This document shows, in pieces, positions 28,061 to 38,091 of a stretch of DNA of 38,208 nucleotides; position 1 is the stretch's first letter; each line of letters starts with the position of its first letter. The position numbers and the translations under genes were made by a program. Where the stretch lies: the NCBI GenBank assembly GCA_004375885.1, contig SOJG01000099.1:1-38208 (forward strand), read 5' to 3'. Under the pieces are notes generated by a model, which saw only the letters and a list, made by a program, of their open reading frames with translations, did not search any database and had not been told where the DNA came from. This DNA is from Dehalococcoidia bacterium (GTDB taxonomy: Bacteria > Chloroflexota > Dehalococcoidia > GIF9 > AB-539-J10).

Positions 28061-29680
28061 TCACATCCTAAAGACCCCGTATTTCGTTCCCTCATAGGCA
28101 GGACGAAGCGGGGCATTCAACGATACCGAAATGCCTAAAGCCAGCACTTGCCGAGTGTCTGGCGGAGCGAGTATGCCATCGTCCCAGAGGTGGCTGGTAG
28201 AGTAGTAGGCCTTGCCCTCGCTTTCGTATTTCTCCAAGGTCGGCCTCTTAAACGCCTCTTGTTCTTCTGGGGAAAGAGACTTCCCGTCTCGGGCTAACTG
28301 TGCCAATTTTACAGCAAGCAAGACATTGGCGGCTTGCTCCCCGCCCATCACAGAGGTACGGGAATTGGGCCATACCCAGAGCAGGCGCGGATTGTAAGCC
28401 CGACCACACATCCCATAGTTACCGGCGCCGAAGGAGGCAGCGATGATCACGGTGAATTTGGGCACCTCAGCATTAGCCACTGCCATCACCATCTTCGCCC
28501 CGTCTTTGGCAATTCCCCCACTTTCATAATCTTTTCCCACCATAAAACCAACGATGTTTTGCAGAAATACTAGGGGGATACGTTGCTGATTGCATAACTG
28601 GATGAAATGGGTCCCCTTCACGGCCGACTCTGAGAACAGGATGCCATTGTTAGCTATCACTCCCACCGGATATCCCATGATGCGAGCAAAACCGCAGACC
28701 AAGGTCGTGCCGTATAGCGCTTTCAACTCATGGAATTCTGACCCATCTACTAACCGGGCGATGACCTCCCGGACATCAAACCGCTCTTTCGGGTTTCTGG
28801 GGAGTACGCCATAGATCTCCTCAGGGTCGTATAGTGGGTCTACCGGCTCGGTGATATCCAGGGGGTATTTGGCAGGAGGATTTAAGTGTCGCACGATGGA
28901 ACGAACGATTTCAAGGGCGTGGGCATCGTCCACAGCATAGTGGTCACAGACCCCTGACGCCCGACAATGTACATCGGCACCGCCCAATTCTTCAGCACTG
29001 ACCTCCTCTCCAGTGGCTGCTTTCACCAGCGGTGGACCGCCGAGGAAAATCGTCCCTGTGCCTTTCACAATCACCGACTCATCCGCCATCGCTGGGATAT
29101 AGGCGCCCCCAGCAGTGCAAGAGCCAAGGACAGCAGCGACTTGAGGAATACCCTTGGCCGACATCCTGGCTTGATTATAAAAGAGCCGACCGAAATGATC
29201 CCTATCCGGGAAGACCTCCGCCTGTTTAGGCAGAAATGCCCCGCCAGAATCAACTAGGTAAATACAGGGCAGGTGGTTTTGCTCTGCAATCTCTTGCGCC
29301 CGCAAGTGCTTTTTCACCGTTAGGGGGTAATAAGTCCCCCCCTTCACCGTGGCATCATTGCCTATAATCATCACCTCCCGTCCCTCGACTCGGCCGATGC
29401 CGCAGACAATCCCGGCGCCAGGCACTTGATCATCGTATTCACCCCAGGCGGCTAGCGGGGATAACTCCAAGAACGGTGATCCTGTATCTATAAGCCGGGT
29501 GATTCGCTCTCGCGCCAGTAGCTTGTTGCGTTCAGTGTGAAGCTGGATCGCCTTTTCTGGGCCGCCTTGTTGCACCTTAGCCAAGCGTTCCTTTAGTTCA
29601 TCAGCCAACCCTTTGTGATAGGCAAAATTCTGTTGATATTGCTCGCTTGTGGTGTTCACACGGCTTTCTAGAACTGACAC
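28061..29680 (-). CDS. Methylcrotonyl-CoA carboxylase carboxyltransferase (beta) subunit
   Basis: 539 aa. The N-terminal ...[30 protein letters not shown] pattern and two crotonase-like carboxyltransferase halves. GTG start preceded by GGAGGTG. Confidence 0.88.
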   Translation of the reverse strand: MSVLESRVNTTSEQYQQNFAYHKGLADELKERLAKVQQGGPEKAIQLHTERNKLLARERITRLIDTGSPFLELSPLAAWGEYDDQVPGAGIVCGIGRVEGREVMIIGNDATVKGGTYYPLTVKKHLRAQEIAEQNHLPCIYLVDSGGAFLPKQAEVFPDRDHFGRLFYNQARMSAKGIPQVAAVLGSCTAGGAYIPAMADESVIVKGTGTIFLGGPPLVKAATGEEVSAEELGGADVHCRASGVCDHYAVDDAHALEIVRSIVRHLNPPAKYPLDITEPVDPLYDPEEIYGVLPRNPKERFDVREVIARLVDGSEFHELKALYGTTLVCGFARIMGYPVGVIANNGILFSESAVKGTHFIQLCNQQRIPLVFLQNIVGFMVGKDYESGGIAKDGAKMVMAVANAEVPKFTVIIAASFGAGNYGMCGRAYNPRLLWVWPNSRTSVMGGEQAANVLLAVKLAQLARDGKSLSPEEQEAFKRPTLEKYESEGKAYYSTSHLWDDGILAPPDTRQVLALGISVSLNAPLRPAYEGTKYGVFRM

Positions 29681-29797
29681 TCTTCACCTCCAACCTAGGA
29701 CAAACTCCTTAATTTTGGTCAATCTTAATTTCCATTTAGCCTTCGTGTCAAGGCAACGCCCTGGTTCGGCACCTTGGTGACACATCACCTCCTCTCT

Positions 29798-30026
29798 CTT
29801 ATTTTGAAAGTAACACTCCACGAACTGCTGAGGTGTGCGGCAGCCCAAAGATTAGTGGGGACGGAATGCATTATATACCTTCCCCCAGTCCAGCAGGTTG
29901 CTTCTTGGCTCAGGAGGGCAAGGCCGGTCCTCCAGGCTCTCCAGGTGATAAGGGTGATACCTTTGCTTCCAACGGTAGAAGGTTTGAGGAGAGATGCCAA
30001 AATAGCGACAGGTAACGCCCTTTCAT
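29798..30026 (-). pseudogene. Decayed rve-type (IS481/IS3-like) transposase remnant: frameshifted N-terminal HTH fused to a C-terminal stub
   Basis: ATGAAAGGG is followed, one frame over, by GVTCRYFGISPQTFYRWKQRYHPYHLESLEDR..., a typical transposase HTH. This runs to a stop at 29852, after which ...SLGCRTPQQFVECYF follows, matching the typical extreme C-terminus of a DDE/rve domain. The catalytic core is absent. Confidence 0.5.
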
Positions 30027-30391
30027 AACCTGCATGTCACTAAGCTATCCGAACTAGAACAGGTTTCTCTCGAAGCTCTCCGAGGATTCCTCCAACCCGG
30101 CAGAAGGTCGACAGACCTGGTGATGAGGACTGGGCCCGTGCCGAGGCGCAAGCTGGCGGGCGAGGAAAGGGCGGTCTTTGACCGGCAGCGTAGTGGCGAA
30201 GCCTTTCTGCCATCTCAGGATCGGCAAGACTGTTCCGGTGAATCTCGGCCTCCAATCTGATTCCCTCCGATAGCTGTAACGACAAGTCTTCATAAACAGC
30301 TCGCCGGTCATTTCTCAGGCTGACTAACAGACAAAGTGATCTCGATGCCGGCAGGGCAGGGAGAGAAACAGACTGGACCCCGTATAACAAA

Positions 30392-30464
<73 letters not shown>

Positions 30465-30476
30465 TTGCTCTGTGCT

Positions 30477-30505
30477 ATTATATGATGCTTCGCCCGTTGA
30501 GACAA
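30477..30505 (-). promoter_or_regulatory. Candidate promoter for tRNA-Pro
   Basis: On the minus strand: TTGTCT (30505-30500), a 17-nt spacer, then a perfect TATAAT (30482-30477), 12 nt upstream of the mature tRNA 5' end. Confidence 0.55.
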
Positions 30506-30679
30506 GTATGACTAGTAACCGGCCGCTGCGGTCTGATACTGGCGGTGCCTCGGAAGCAGCGGATGAGGCGGGCCATGCCGACCTGGCTCCAGAGGTATGG
30601 ACAACCACACCCTCTCTGAGGAGAAGATCGAGGATGCTGTTCAAGCATTGCGCCAGGCCTACGAACTCGAGAGGCAAAC

Positions 30680-30708
30680 TTGACAACCTTGGCCTGACAT
30701 CATAAGTT
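30680..30708 (+). promoter_or_regulatory. Candidate promoter for the TPR-protein/gyrA operon, implying a leaderless mRNA
   Basis: TTGACA (30680-30685), a 17-nt spacer, then TAAGTT (30703-30708). The ATG at 30716 is only 7 nt downstream. Confidence 0.4.
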
Positions 30709-30715
30709 TAGGGAA

Positions 30716-31594
30716 ATGTATACAGCCTTCTACGAACAGCAAGAGGAAGGAAAAGCTCAGTTAAGACAACGACTGAGCAGGGACGCCATTGAGTTAGCCC
30801 TCCAGGGTAGGTGGGAGGAGGCTGAAGCGCTGAACAGGGACATAATTGAGGAATTTCCCACTGATGCCGAGGCTCACAATCGCCTTGGCCGGGCCTTAAC
30901 AGAACTAGGGGATTTTGACCGAGCCAGGGAAGCCTATGCTAAGGCTATGGAGCTTTCCCCTGAGAATGCTATTGCCAGGAAAAATCTCGCCCGTTTGACT
31001 AGCATCTCGCAGTCTATGGCACCTTTAGGTAGCAGTCCTCATAAACATCCGTCCCGGAGAGCTCAAGCCCGGAGAGTTGCTCTTGATCTCTTTGTGACTG
31101 AGATGGCGAAGGCTGGGATAGTCAATCTCAATAATGTGGCTCCTGGCGAGCTCTTGGCCAAGACGGGGTTCGGTGACCAAGTGTACGTGGAAACAAGAGG
31201 ACACCACCTGGTTGTGAAGAACGAGGATGGGGAATACTTGGGCGAGGTGGAGTCGAAGCAAGGGCTTCGTCTCATCAAGCTAATGCAAGGCGGAAATAGA
31301 TACGATGCAGCAATACTCAGTGCGGGAGAGGAGAGAGTACAGGTGATCATCAAAGAAGTGTATCAACATCCCAGCCAGGTGGGATATCCGTCCTTTCCTG
31401 TTAGAGTTCAAGAGCACCTGCATAGGCGTATTAGAGAGGGCCTGCTCAGGCGAGGTCTCGCCGCTGACGAAAGCGAGACCTTGCCGGAGCTTACAGATTT
31501 CGAGGAGGAAAACTATACTCCCCCCGAAGAGGAACCCTTGCCTGAAGGTTTCACCGTCGTTGGTGAAGACGGTGAGAGAGGAGTTGAGCTTTGA
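30716..31594 (+). CDS. TPR-repeat protein with an uncharacterised middle domain and a highly acidic C-terminal tail
   Basis: 292 aa. The N-terminal region of about 100 aa has TPR-like repeats ([35 protein letters not shown]). The C-terminus is ...[29 protein letters not shown].... The stop overlaps the gyrA ATG (TGATG). Confidence 0.7.
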   Translation: MYTAFYEQQEEGKAQLRQRLSRDAIELALQGRWEEAEALNRDIIEEFPTDAEAHNRLGRALTELGDFDRAREAYAKAMELSPENAIARKNLARLTSISQSMAPLGSSPHKHPSRRAQARRVALDLFVTEMAKAGIVNLNNVAPGELLAKTGFGDQVYVETRGHHLVVKNEDGEYLGEVESKQGLRLIKLMQGGNRYDAAILSAGEERVQVIIKEVYQHPSQVGYPSFPVRVQEHLHRRIREGLLRRGLAADESETLPELTDFEEENYTPPEEEPLPEGFTVVGEDGERGVEL

Positions 31595-34011
31595 TGGAAG
31601 CCACAATAGTAAAGCCTATCGATATCGAGAAGGAGATGAAAAGCTCTTACCTAGACTATGCTATGAGCGTCATTGTCTCCCGAGCCTTGCCTGATGCCCG
31701 TGATGGTTTGAAGCCGGTGCAGCGGCGTGTTTTGTTCGCAATGGACGGACTGGGGTTACGATACAACAGCCCATACAAGAAGAGTGCTCGCATTGTTGGT
31801 GAAGTCATGGGGAAATATCACCCCCATGGTGATGCCCCAATATATGAGTCCATGGTACGCATGGCTCAGGATTTTTCTCTGAGGTATACCCTAGTCGCTG
31901 GTCAGGGTAACTTCGGCAGCATAGACAATGATCCACCGGCGGCAATGAGATACACCGAAGCTCGCCTCTCCCATATTGCCGAGGAGATGCTGGTTGACAT
32001 CGAGAAAAACACCGTCGACCTCGCTCAAAACTTCGACGGATCTCTCCAGGAACCTTCTGTCTTGCCCGCCAGACTACCTAACCTGCTAGTTAACGGTTCC
32101 TCAGGCATAGCTGTCGGCATGACGACTAATATCCCTCCCCATAACTTGGGCGAGATATGCGACGCCATTGCCTATTTGATCGATAATCCTGAAGCTACTG
32201 CAGAGGAACTGATGGAGTTGGTCAAGGGCCCAGACTTTCCCACTGCCGGGATAATCTGGGGCAAGGGGGGCATAGACAACGCTTACACCACGGGGCAAGG
32301 GAAAATCGTGCTTCGAGCCAAAGCCGACGAACTGCTTGGTAAGGGGGGCAAGAGACAAATAGTTGTTACTGAACTTCCCTATCAGGTAAACAAAGCAGCT
32401 TTGATAGGGAGGATAGCGGAACTGGCCAGAGCTAAGAAAATTTCGGGGATAACTGAGGTGCGTGATGAATCGGATAGAGAGGGCATGCGCATCGTGATCG
32501 AACTCAGGAAGGAGGCTCAGGCCCAACAAGTACTGAATAACCTCTACAAGCATACTGCCATGCAATCTGCCTTCCATATCAATATGGTTGCTTTGCTTGA
32601 CGGACAACCCAAGGTGATCACCCTTAAACAAGCACTAACATCCTACATCGACTTCCGTTTTCAGGTCATCACTAGAAGGTCCCGGTTTGAACTTGACAAG
32701 GCGAAAGACAGGGCTCACATCCTGGAGGGGTTCAAGATTGCGCTGGACAATCTGGACCAGGTGATCAAGATCATCCGGCAGTCCCAAACCGTCGAGGTCG
32801 CCCGTGCCGAGTTGATGGCTGCCTTGGCTCTGTCACAGGTGCAAGCCCAAACCATCCTTGACATGCCGCTCCGTAGATTGACCAGGCTGGAGCAAGGCAA
32901 AATAACTGATGAATATGCAGCTGTGATAAAAAACATCTCCTATCTCGAGGATTTGCTAGCTAACCCTCGCAAAGTATTCTCACTTATTGCCCAGGATGCT
33001 GAGGAGCTTAAGTCCAAGTATGGCGATCCTCGACGAACCGTAGTGAAGACAGAGGAAATCGAGGAATTCCGTACTGAAGACCTTATTCCTCATGAGACAA
33101 TGGTGGTTACCTTTACGAATAACGGCTTCATCAAGAGGATTCCCGCCAGTACTTACCGGTTGCAGCGGCGCGGAGGAAAAGGCGTTACGGGAATGGTAAC
33201 CCGGGGCGACGACACAGTGAACCACATCCTGGTAGCTGACACCCATGATAGCCTCCTTTTCTTCACCAGCACTGGCAAGGTCTACTGTCTGAAGTGTTAC
33301 GAGGTTCCCCAGGATTCTTCGCGCATGAGCAAGGGAATAGCAGTGGTCAATCTACTGCCGATCGACTTACGAGATGAAGTAACTGTGTTACTAGCGCTGG
33401 CGAGCTTTCCCGCAGACAAGTTCCTGCTAATGGCTACCAGGGCTGGCGCGATAAAGAAGACTCGCCTGAGCGAGTTTGCCTCGATAAGGAGAAATGGTCT
33501 TATTGCTATGGGGCTCAGGAACGAAGATAAGCTGGTCTCAGTTGGAATGGTGGCCGACGAAGATGAGGTGATCCTGGTGAGTCAGAACGGCCAGGCCATT
33601 AGATTTCAGGTCAAAAACCTGAGGACGGCGTCCCGAACCAGTGGCGGTGTGCGGGGAATTCGGCTTCTTGACGATTATGTCGTGGGCATGGGCATCGTCG
33701 TTCCCGATGCTTATGTCCTTACAGTAACCGAAAAGGGGTTCGGCAAACTGACCCCGACAAGGAATTACCCTGTTCACAACAGGGGAGGAAAGGGAGTGAG
33801 GGCTTATAGGGTCAACCCAACAACGGGCAATCTAGCTGTCTCCAAGCTTGTTTCGCGCCAGGGCTCTCTGGTCATGCTGTCAGCTAACGGCCACGTGGTG
33901 AACATACCTGTGGAGCAGATCTCCATTCAGGGCAGGGGTGGCCGCGGAGCCAAACTAATGGGCCTGGCCGAAGATGATAGTGTGGTTTCCGCCACCTGGA
34001 TTTTGCAGTAG
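31594..34011 (+). CDS. gyrA: DNA gyrase subunit A
   Basis: About 805 aa. LKPVQRRVL, the active-site Tyr context [10 protein letters not shown], and C-terminal beta-pinwheel repeats. The ATG at 31594 follows an in-frame TTG at 31591. Confidence 0.95.
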   Translation: MEATIVKPIDIEKEMKSSYLDYAMSVIVSRALPDARDGLKPVQRRVLFAMDGLGLRYNSPYKKSARIVGEVMGKYHPHGDAPIYESMVRMAQDFSLRYTLVAGQGNFGSIDNDPPAAMRYTEARLSHIAEEMLVDIEKNTVDLAQNFDGSLQEPSVLPARLPNLLVNGSSGIAVGMTTNIPPHNLGEICDAIAYLIDNPEATAEELMELVKGPDFPTAGIIWGKGGIDNAYTTGQGKIVLRAKADELLGKGGKRQIVVTELPYQVNKAALIGRIAELARAKKISGITEVRDESDREGMRIVIELRKEAQAQQVLNNLYKHTAMQSAFHINMVALLDGQPKVITLKQALTSYIDFRFQVITRRSRFELDKAKDRAHILEGFKIALDNLDQVIKIIRQSQTVEVARAELMAALALSQVQAQTILDMPLRRLTRLEQGKITDEYAAVIKNISYLEDLLANPRKVFSLIAQDAEELKSKYGDPRRTVVKTEEIEEFRTEDLIPHETMVVTFTNNGFIKRIPASTYRLQRRGGKGVTGMVTRGDDTVNHILVADTHDSLLFFTSTGKVYCLKCYEVPQDSSRMSKGIAVVNLLPIDLRDEVTVLLALASFPADKFLLMATRAGAIKKTRLSEFASIRRNGLIAMGLRNEDKLVSVGMVADEDEVILVSQNGQAIRFQVKNLRTASRTSGGVRGIRLLDDYVVGMGIVVPDAYVLTVTEKGFGKLTPTRNYPVHNRGGKGVRAYRVNPTTGNLAVSKLVSRQGSLVMLSANGHVVNIPVEQISIQGRGGRGAKLMGLAEDDSVVSATWILQ

Positions 34012-34182
34012 GATGACACCCTGTGAGCAGACCAAACGACGATAGAACAGAGACAGAGAGAAGGGCGGGCTCCCGCTCGCTGTGAAGGAGCGCCTCAACG
34101 TCACAGGGGGCGATTCGGGGAACGGTGCCGGAGATGCCCCCCAGCGACGCCGTGCCGGGACGCATTTCAGGAGTGACGCGAT

Positions 34183-34776
34183 ATGAGTTTTCTGCGAGAG
34201 TTAGGGGCGACTTTTGTGCCCCTCCTGGTCGCCATGGATGCGGTGGGGAATCTGCCCATCTTCCTCGCGTTGACGCAGGGAATAGCGCCCAAAGATCGGA
34301 GGCGCGCAGTACACTTGGCGGCGCTCACCGCTCTCGGTATAGGGCTGGGCTTCGTTGCCATTGGCAAAGCCATCTTCCTGCTTCTGGGCATTGAACTAGC
34401 CGATTTTCTAGTGGCCGGGGGCGTTATCCTGCTGGTCCTGGCTATCAAGGACCTGGTCATTGGTAAGTCGGCAGAAGCTCAGGATTTGTCAGGCTCCGGG
34501 ATGGTTGGCGTTGTTCCGCTAGGTACTCCGATGGTTGTCGGCCCGGCGGTGCTTACTACCCTGCTCTTGCTCGTTGACCAGTATTTCGTGGCCATCGTGG
34601 TACTCGCCTTTATCTTTAATCTGGTGATACAGTGGCTCCTTTTCAGGCAGGCCGACCGGATTGTGAAATTCCTGGGCAATACAGGCGTCACTGCCATATC
34701 AAAGATAATCATGTTGCTTTTGGCTGCTATTGCTGTGAAGATGATTCGCCAGGGGGTTCTGACAATTCTGGGGTAA
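34183..34776 (+). CDS. MarC family (UPF0056) integral membrane protein
   Basis: 197 aa, about 6 TM helices. The N-terminal ...FVPLLVAMDAVGNLPIFLALT pattern is characteristic of MarC/NAAT family proteins. Confidence 0.8.
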   Translation: MSFLRELGATFVPLLVAMDAVGNLPIFLALTQGIAPKDRRRAVHLAALTALGIGLGFVAIGKAIFLLLGIELADFLVAGGVILLVLAIKDLVIGKSAEAQDLSGSGMVGVVPLGTPMVVGPAVLTTLLLLVDQYFVAIVVLAFIFNLVIQWLLFRQADRIVKFLGNTGVTAISKIIMLLLAAIAVKMIRQGVLTILG

Positions 34777-34925
34777 GCGTTGCCGCGAAGAGGTGCTCAA
34801 GTTCGAACTCCGTCAGGAATTGGTGTATCATTGTTATCAGCGCAGGTATGACGCCGAAGTCTCAATTGCAGAAAAGGAGAACCTCGTTACTGCTCCCGTA
34901 GCTGACGAAGGGAAGGAGGCAAAAG

Positions 34926-35375
34926 ATGCGCGAGTTACGAAGCGACTGGTCGGAGGTAGTCGTCAATATGCAAAGAGAGATGGGGCGGTTAATGGACGAA
35001 GTTGTCAGCCGCAAACCCCCGGCTGTGCGTTTCTCGCCTAAAACCTGGCAACCGGCAATCGATGTCTACGAGACTGACAGCGAAGTGACGGTGCTGGTTG
35101 AATTGGCCGGCGTCAAAGAAGATGAGATTGAAGTAACGATTCACAACGGCGTTCTCACCATTAGGGGTGAGAGAAAAGATGTCAAGCAAGGCATCAAGCG
35201 AACTTATTCCCAGATGGAGATCTTGTGGGGACCTTTTGAACGGGACATCACCCTTTTCGCTCATGTGGACGTGGACAGGGTCAAAGCCTTCTTTGAAGCT
35301 GGCTTCCTGGAAGTTGTCCTGCCTAAGCTCGGCGAGGAAAAGCCCCACCATGTGAACATACGAACAAGCTGGTGA
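34926..35375 (+). CDS. Hsp20/alpha-crystallin family small heat-shock protein
   Basis: 149 aa. Alpha-crystallin domain PAIDVYETDSEVTVLVELAGVKEDEIEVTIHNGVLTIRGERK...GFLEVVLPK. GGAGG RBS. Confidence 0.9.
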   Translation: MRELRSDWSEVVVNMQREMGRLMDEVVSRKPPAVRFSPKTWQPAIDVYETDSEVTVLVELAGVKEDEIEVTIHNGVLTIRGERKDVKQGIKRTYSQMEILWGPFERDITLFAHVDVDRVKAFFEAGFLEVVLPKLGEEKPHHVNIRTSW

Positions 35376-35380
35376 TAGCG

Positions 35381-37762
35381 ATGACGGTTGTTACCAAACG
35401 CGGTAAGAAGAAGGGGACGAAGGTGCAGGACTTCCACATCCCCGAGGAACTACCAGTCCTTCCTCAGAATGAGATGGTCGTGTATCCGTCACTCATCGTT
35501 CCCTTAGGCACAGCAGACGAGAAAATACTCAAGCTCATAGATGATGTTGCCGCCGGTGACAAGCTAGTCGGCTTTTTTGGCCGACGGCCGGATTCGAAGA
35601 AAGATGCTGACCTCTATTCCATAGGCACTGCCGCTCTTATTCTCCGGATGTTCAAGCTGCCTGATGGTTCGGTTCACGTCTTCTTCCAGGGGCTTTCTCG
35701 AATCAGTCTGAAGGAGATTACTCAGGTTGAACCATATATGAAGGCGAGGGTCGAGACAGTGGAGGACGGGATAGAGAAGACGGCCGAGTTGGAAGCCCTT
35801 GTCAGGAACCTGACCAGCCTTTTCCAGAAGATCGTTGAGTTGGCGCCCAATTTGCCCAGCGAACTGAACATCGCTGTGTTAAACATGCCCGACCCTGGCA
35901 GCCTGGCTGATTTCGTCGCTGCCCATATCAATCTCAAACCCGAGGAGAGACAGGAAATCTTAGAGGCTATTGATGTGGCTCAGCGGATAAGGAAGCTCAC
36001 CACGTTTGTAAATCGAGAACTAGAGGTCCTGGAACTGGGAATCAAGATTCAATCTCAAGCTAAGGAGGAGATGACCAGGGCTCAGCGGGAGTTTTTCCTT
36101 CGGGAGCAACTGAAGGCGATACAAAAAGAGCTGGGGGAGTCCGATGAGCGAACCATAGAGATAACTGAGCTTGAGTCGAAGATTACAGAGGCAAAGCTCC
36201 CTCCCGAAGCGAGCAAGGAGGCAAAGCGAGAACTTGATCGTCTGGCCAAGATGCCCCCGGTGGCTGCCGAATATACGGTATCTCGTACATACCTTGATTG
36301 GCTCGTCAATCTCCCGTGGTCCAAGAGCACTGAAGATAACCTGGATATCAACCGAGCGTCCCGAATTCTGGATGAAGACCACTACGACCTGGATAAGGTA
36401 AAAGAGAGGATACTCGATTATCTGGCCGTGCGCAAGCTAAACCCGGACATGAAAGGACCTGTCCTGTGTTTCGTCGGCCCCCCGGGCACCGGCAAGACCT
36501 CCGTCGGGCAGTCTATTGCCCGGGCTCTGGGAAGGAAATTCGTGCGGATTTCCCTGGGTGGCATCAGAGATGAAGCTGATATCCGTGGACATCGTCGGAC
36601 TTATGTTGGCGCTCTACCCGGCAGGATCATCCAGGGCCTGCGGCGCGCCCAGTCGAACAACCCTTTGTTCATGCTTGATGAGATCGACAAGGTGGGTGCA
36701 GATTTCCGGGGTGATCCCTCAGCAGCCTTGCTCGAAGTCCTTGACCGCGAGCAGAACTTCTCCTTTGTTGACCATTATCTTAGTGTGCCTTTTGACTTAT
36801 CCCGCGTAATGTTCATCACCACGGCTAATATAACCGATCCTGTCCCTCCCGCGCTGTTGGACAGAATGGAAGTGATTGAACTGCCTGGTTATACCGAGAA
36901 TGAGAAGCTCCACATCGCCAGGAAATTCCTCATCCCCAAGCAGCTCAAGGAAAACGGACTGACGGCACAGCAGCTTAAGATCAAAGATGCAGCTATGCTT
37001 GGCGTTGTTCGGAATTACACCAGGGAAGCAGGGCTGAGGAACCTCGAACGGGAGATCGGCACCATCTGCCGCAAGACGGCTCGTCAGATAGCTCAAGGAA
37101 GGGAAGAAACAACCGTGGTGACAAGCGACAAGCTTCACGATTACCTTGGCCCCAGGAAATTCCACTATGAGCTCGCTGAAGAAGCCGATGAAGTGGGCGT
37201 AGCCACAGGGTTGGCCTGGACGCCCGTGGGCGGTGACATCGTCTTCGTTGAGGCCACCCTGGTTCCTGGAAACGGCAATCTCATCCTCACCGGCAAATTA
37301 GGCGATGTTATGCAGGAGTCGGCGAAGGCTGCTCTGACCTATATTCGCTCCCTGACTGCCCTTGAGCAACCTGTGCTTGATATTCCCAAGCGCTTCTATG
37401 AGGAGAATGACGTTCACATTCACATCCCCGCCGGTGCCATTCCCAAAGATGGACCATCTGCTGGCATTCCTATGGCGGTGGCCCTGGCTTCGGCGGTGAC
37501 GAAACGATTGGTGAGCAAAGACATCGGCATGACCGGCGAGATCACATTGAGGGGCAAAGTTCTCCCTGTTGGTGGTATCAGGGACAAGATTCTGGCAGCC
37601 CATCGAGCCGGCCTGAAAAGAGTTATTTTGCCCCGAGAAAACGAGAAGGACCTGGAAGAAGTCGCCAAAGAGGTTAAGGAAGAGCTGCAATTCATATTCG
37701 TAGAGAATATTGCCGAAGCCCTGGCCTCTGCTCTGAGCAAGGCAGGAAATACCAAGACCTGA
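35381..37762 (+). CDS. lon: ATP-dependent Lon protease (endopeptidase La)
   Basis: LON N-domain, Walker A GPPGTGKTS, Walker B LFMLDEIDK, and the catalytic Ser in PKDGPSAG. I chose the ATG at 35381; an in-frame GTG at 35372 would overlap the hsp20 stop by 4 nt. Confidence 0.95.
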   Translation: MTVVTKRGKKKGTKVQDFHIPEELPVLPQNEMVVYPSLIVPLGTADEKILKLIDDVAAGDKLVGFFGRRPDSKKDADLYSIGTAALILRMFKLPDGSVHVFFQGLSRISLKEITQVEPYMKARVETVEDGIEKTAELEALVRNLTSLFQKIVELAPNLPSELNIAVLNMPDPGSLADFVAAHINLKPEERQEILEAIDVAQRIRKLTTFVNRELEVLELGIKIQSQAKEEMTRAQREFFLREQLKAIQKELGESDERTIEITELESKITEAKLPPEASKEAKRELDRLAKMPPVAAEYTVSRTYLDWLVNLPWSKSTEDNLDINRASRILDEDHYDLDKVKERILDYLAVRKLNPDMKGPVLCFVGPPGTGKTSVGQSIARALGRKFVRISLGGIRDEADIRGHRRTYVGALPGRIIQGLRRAQSNNPLFMLDEIDKVGADFRGDPSAALLEVLDREQNFSFVDHYLSVPFDLSRVMFITTANITDPVPPALLDRMEVIELPGYTENEKLHIARKFLIPKQLKENGLTAQQLKIKDAAMLGVVRNYTREAGLRNLEREIGTICRKTARQIAQGREETTVVTSDKLHDYLGPRKFHYELAEEADEVGVATGLAWTPVGGDIVFVEATLVPGNGNLILTGKLGDVMQESAKAALTYIRSLTALEQPVLDIPKRFYEENDVHIHIPAGAIPKDGPSAGIPMAVALASAVTKRLVSKDIGMTGEITLRGKVLPVGGIRDKILAAHRAGLKRVILPRENEKDLEEVAKEVKEELQFIFVENIAEALASALSKAGNTKT

Positions 37763-37774
37763 GTAAGCAACGAA

Positions 37775-37796
37775 CTGTTCTTCCCCGAAAGAACAG
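37775..37796 (+). terminator. Hairpin downstream of lon (weak terminator candidate)
   Basis: CTGTTCTT-ccccga-AAGAACAG, a perfect 8-bp stem 13 nt after the lon stop. It is followed by ctcatcattctcttc, which is pyrimidine-rich but has no clean T-tract. Confidence 0.3.
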
Positions 37797-37908
37797 CTCA
37801 TCATTCTCTTCAATTCATGGTCGCCGATTCAGAACGGGCATCTTCCCGCTGCTCACGTTATTCTGACTCATCCACCTCTCGGGATTCTGACCCCTTCCCC
37901 CCATCTCA

Positions 37909-37938
37909 TTCTTCGCCCTGACAAGCCGGGGCGAAGAA
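37909..37938. repeat. Perfect 10-bp inverted repeat (hairpin)
   Basis: TTCTTCGCCC-tgacaagccg-GGGCGAAGAA, in the convergent intergenic region between lon and the partial gene at the window edge. Confidence 0.4.
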
Positions 37939-37944
37939 CTGATC

Positions 37945-37986
37945 CCGCCTGAGCTTGTCGTGAGCAAGGCCGAAGGAGCGAAACTC
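37945..37986. repeat. GC-rich intergenic repeat-like element related to the element at 11857-11885
   Basis: cccgcctgagcttgtcgtgagcaaggccgaaggagcgaaactc. It shares tgagc and ggagcgaa blocks with 11857-11885. From memory, it also resembles the widespread ...cctgagcttgtcgaagg... repeat family seen in many bacterial intergenic regions. Confidence 0.3.
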
Positions 37987-38091
37987 CGCGGACCAACCGG
38001 GTACAGCTTCCGAAAGCGCGTCGGCCGGCTACGTAGCGCCAGTTCCAGCTTCTGCGGTGCGGTTGCGGCAAATGGCTATAGCTTACAGCGC

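Noticed and set aside
34012-34182. GC-rich stems upstream of the MarC-family gene (CTGTGA...TCACAG and GGGGC...GCCCC) that might be a riboswitch.
   Set aside because: None of the riboswitch consensus cores I can recall (TPP, SAM, cobalamin, glycine, fluoride, ZTP, c-di-GMP) are present. The stems could simply be post-gyrA structure.
34793-35041. 82-aa GTG-initiated ORF overlapping the hsp20 start.
   Set aside because: It is out of frame with the well-supported hsp20 gene, which has a GGAGG RBS, and it has no motif or RBS of its own.
37868-38071. 67-aa minus-strand ORF and the overlapping 64-aa plus-strand ORF after lon.
   Set aside because: Both are translations of the GC-rich repeat/hairpin region, are Arg/Gly/Ser-rich, and have no RBS.
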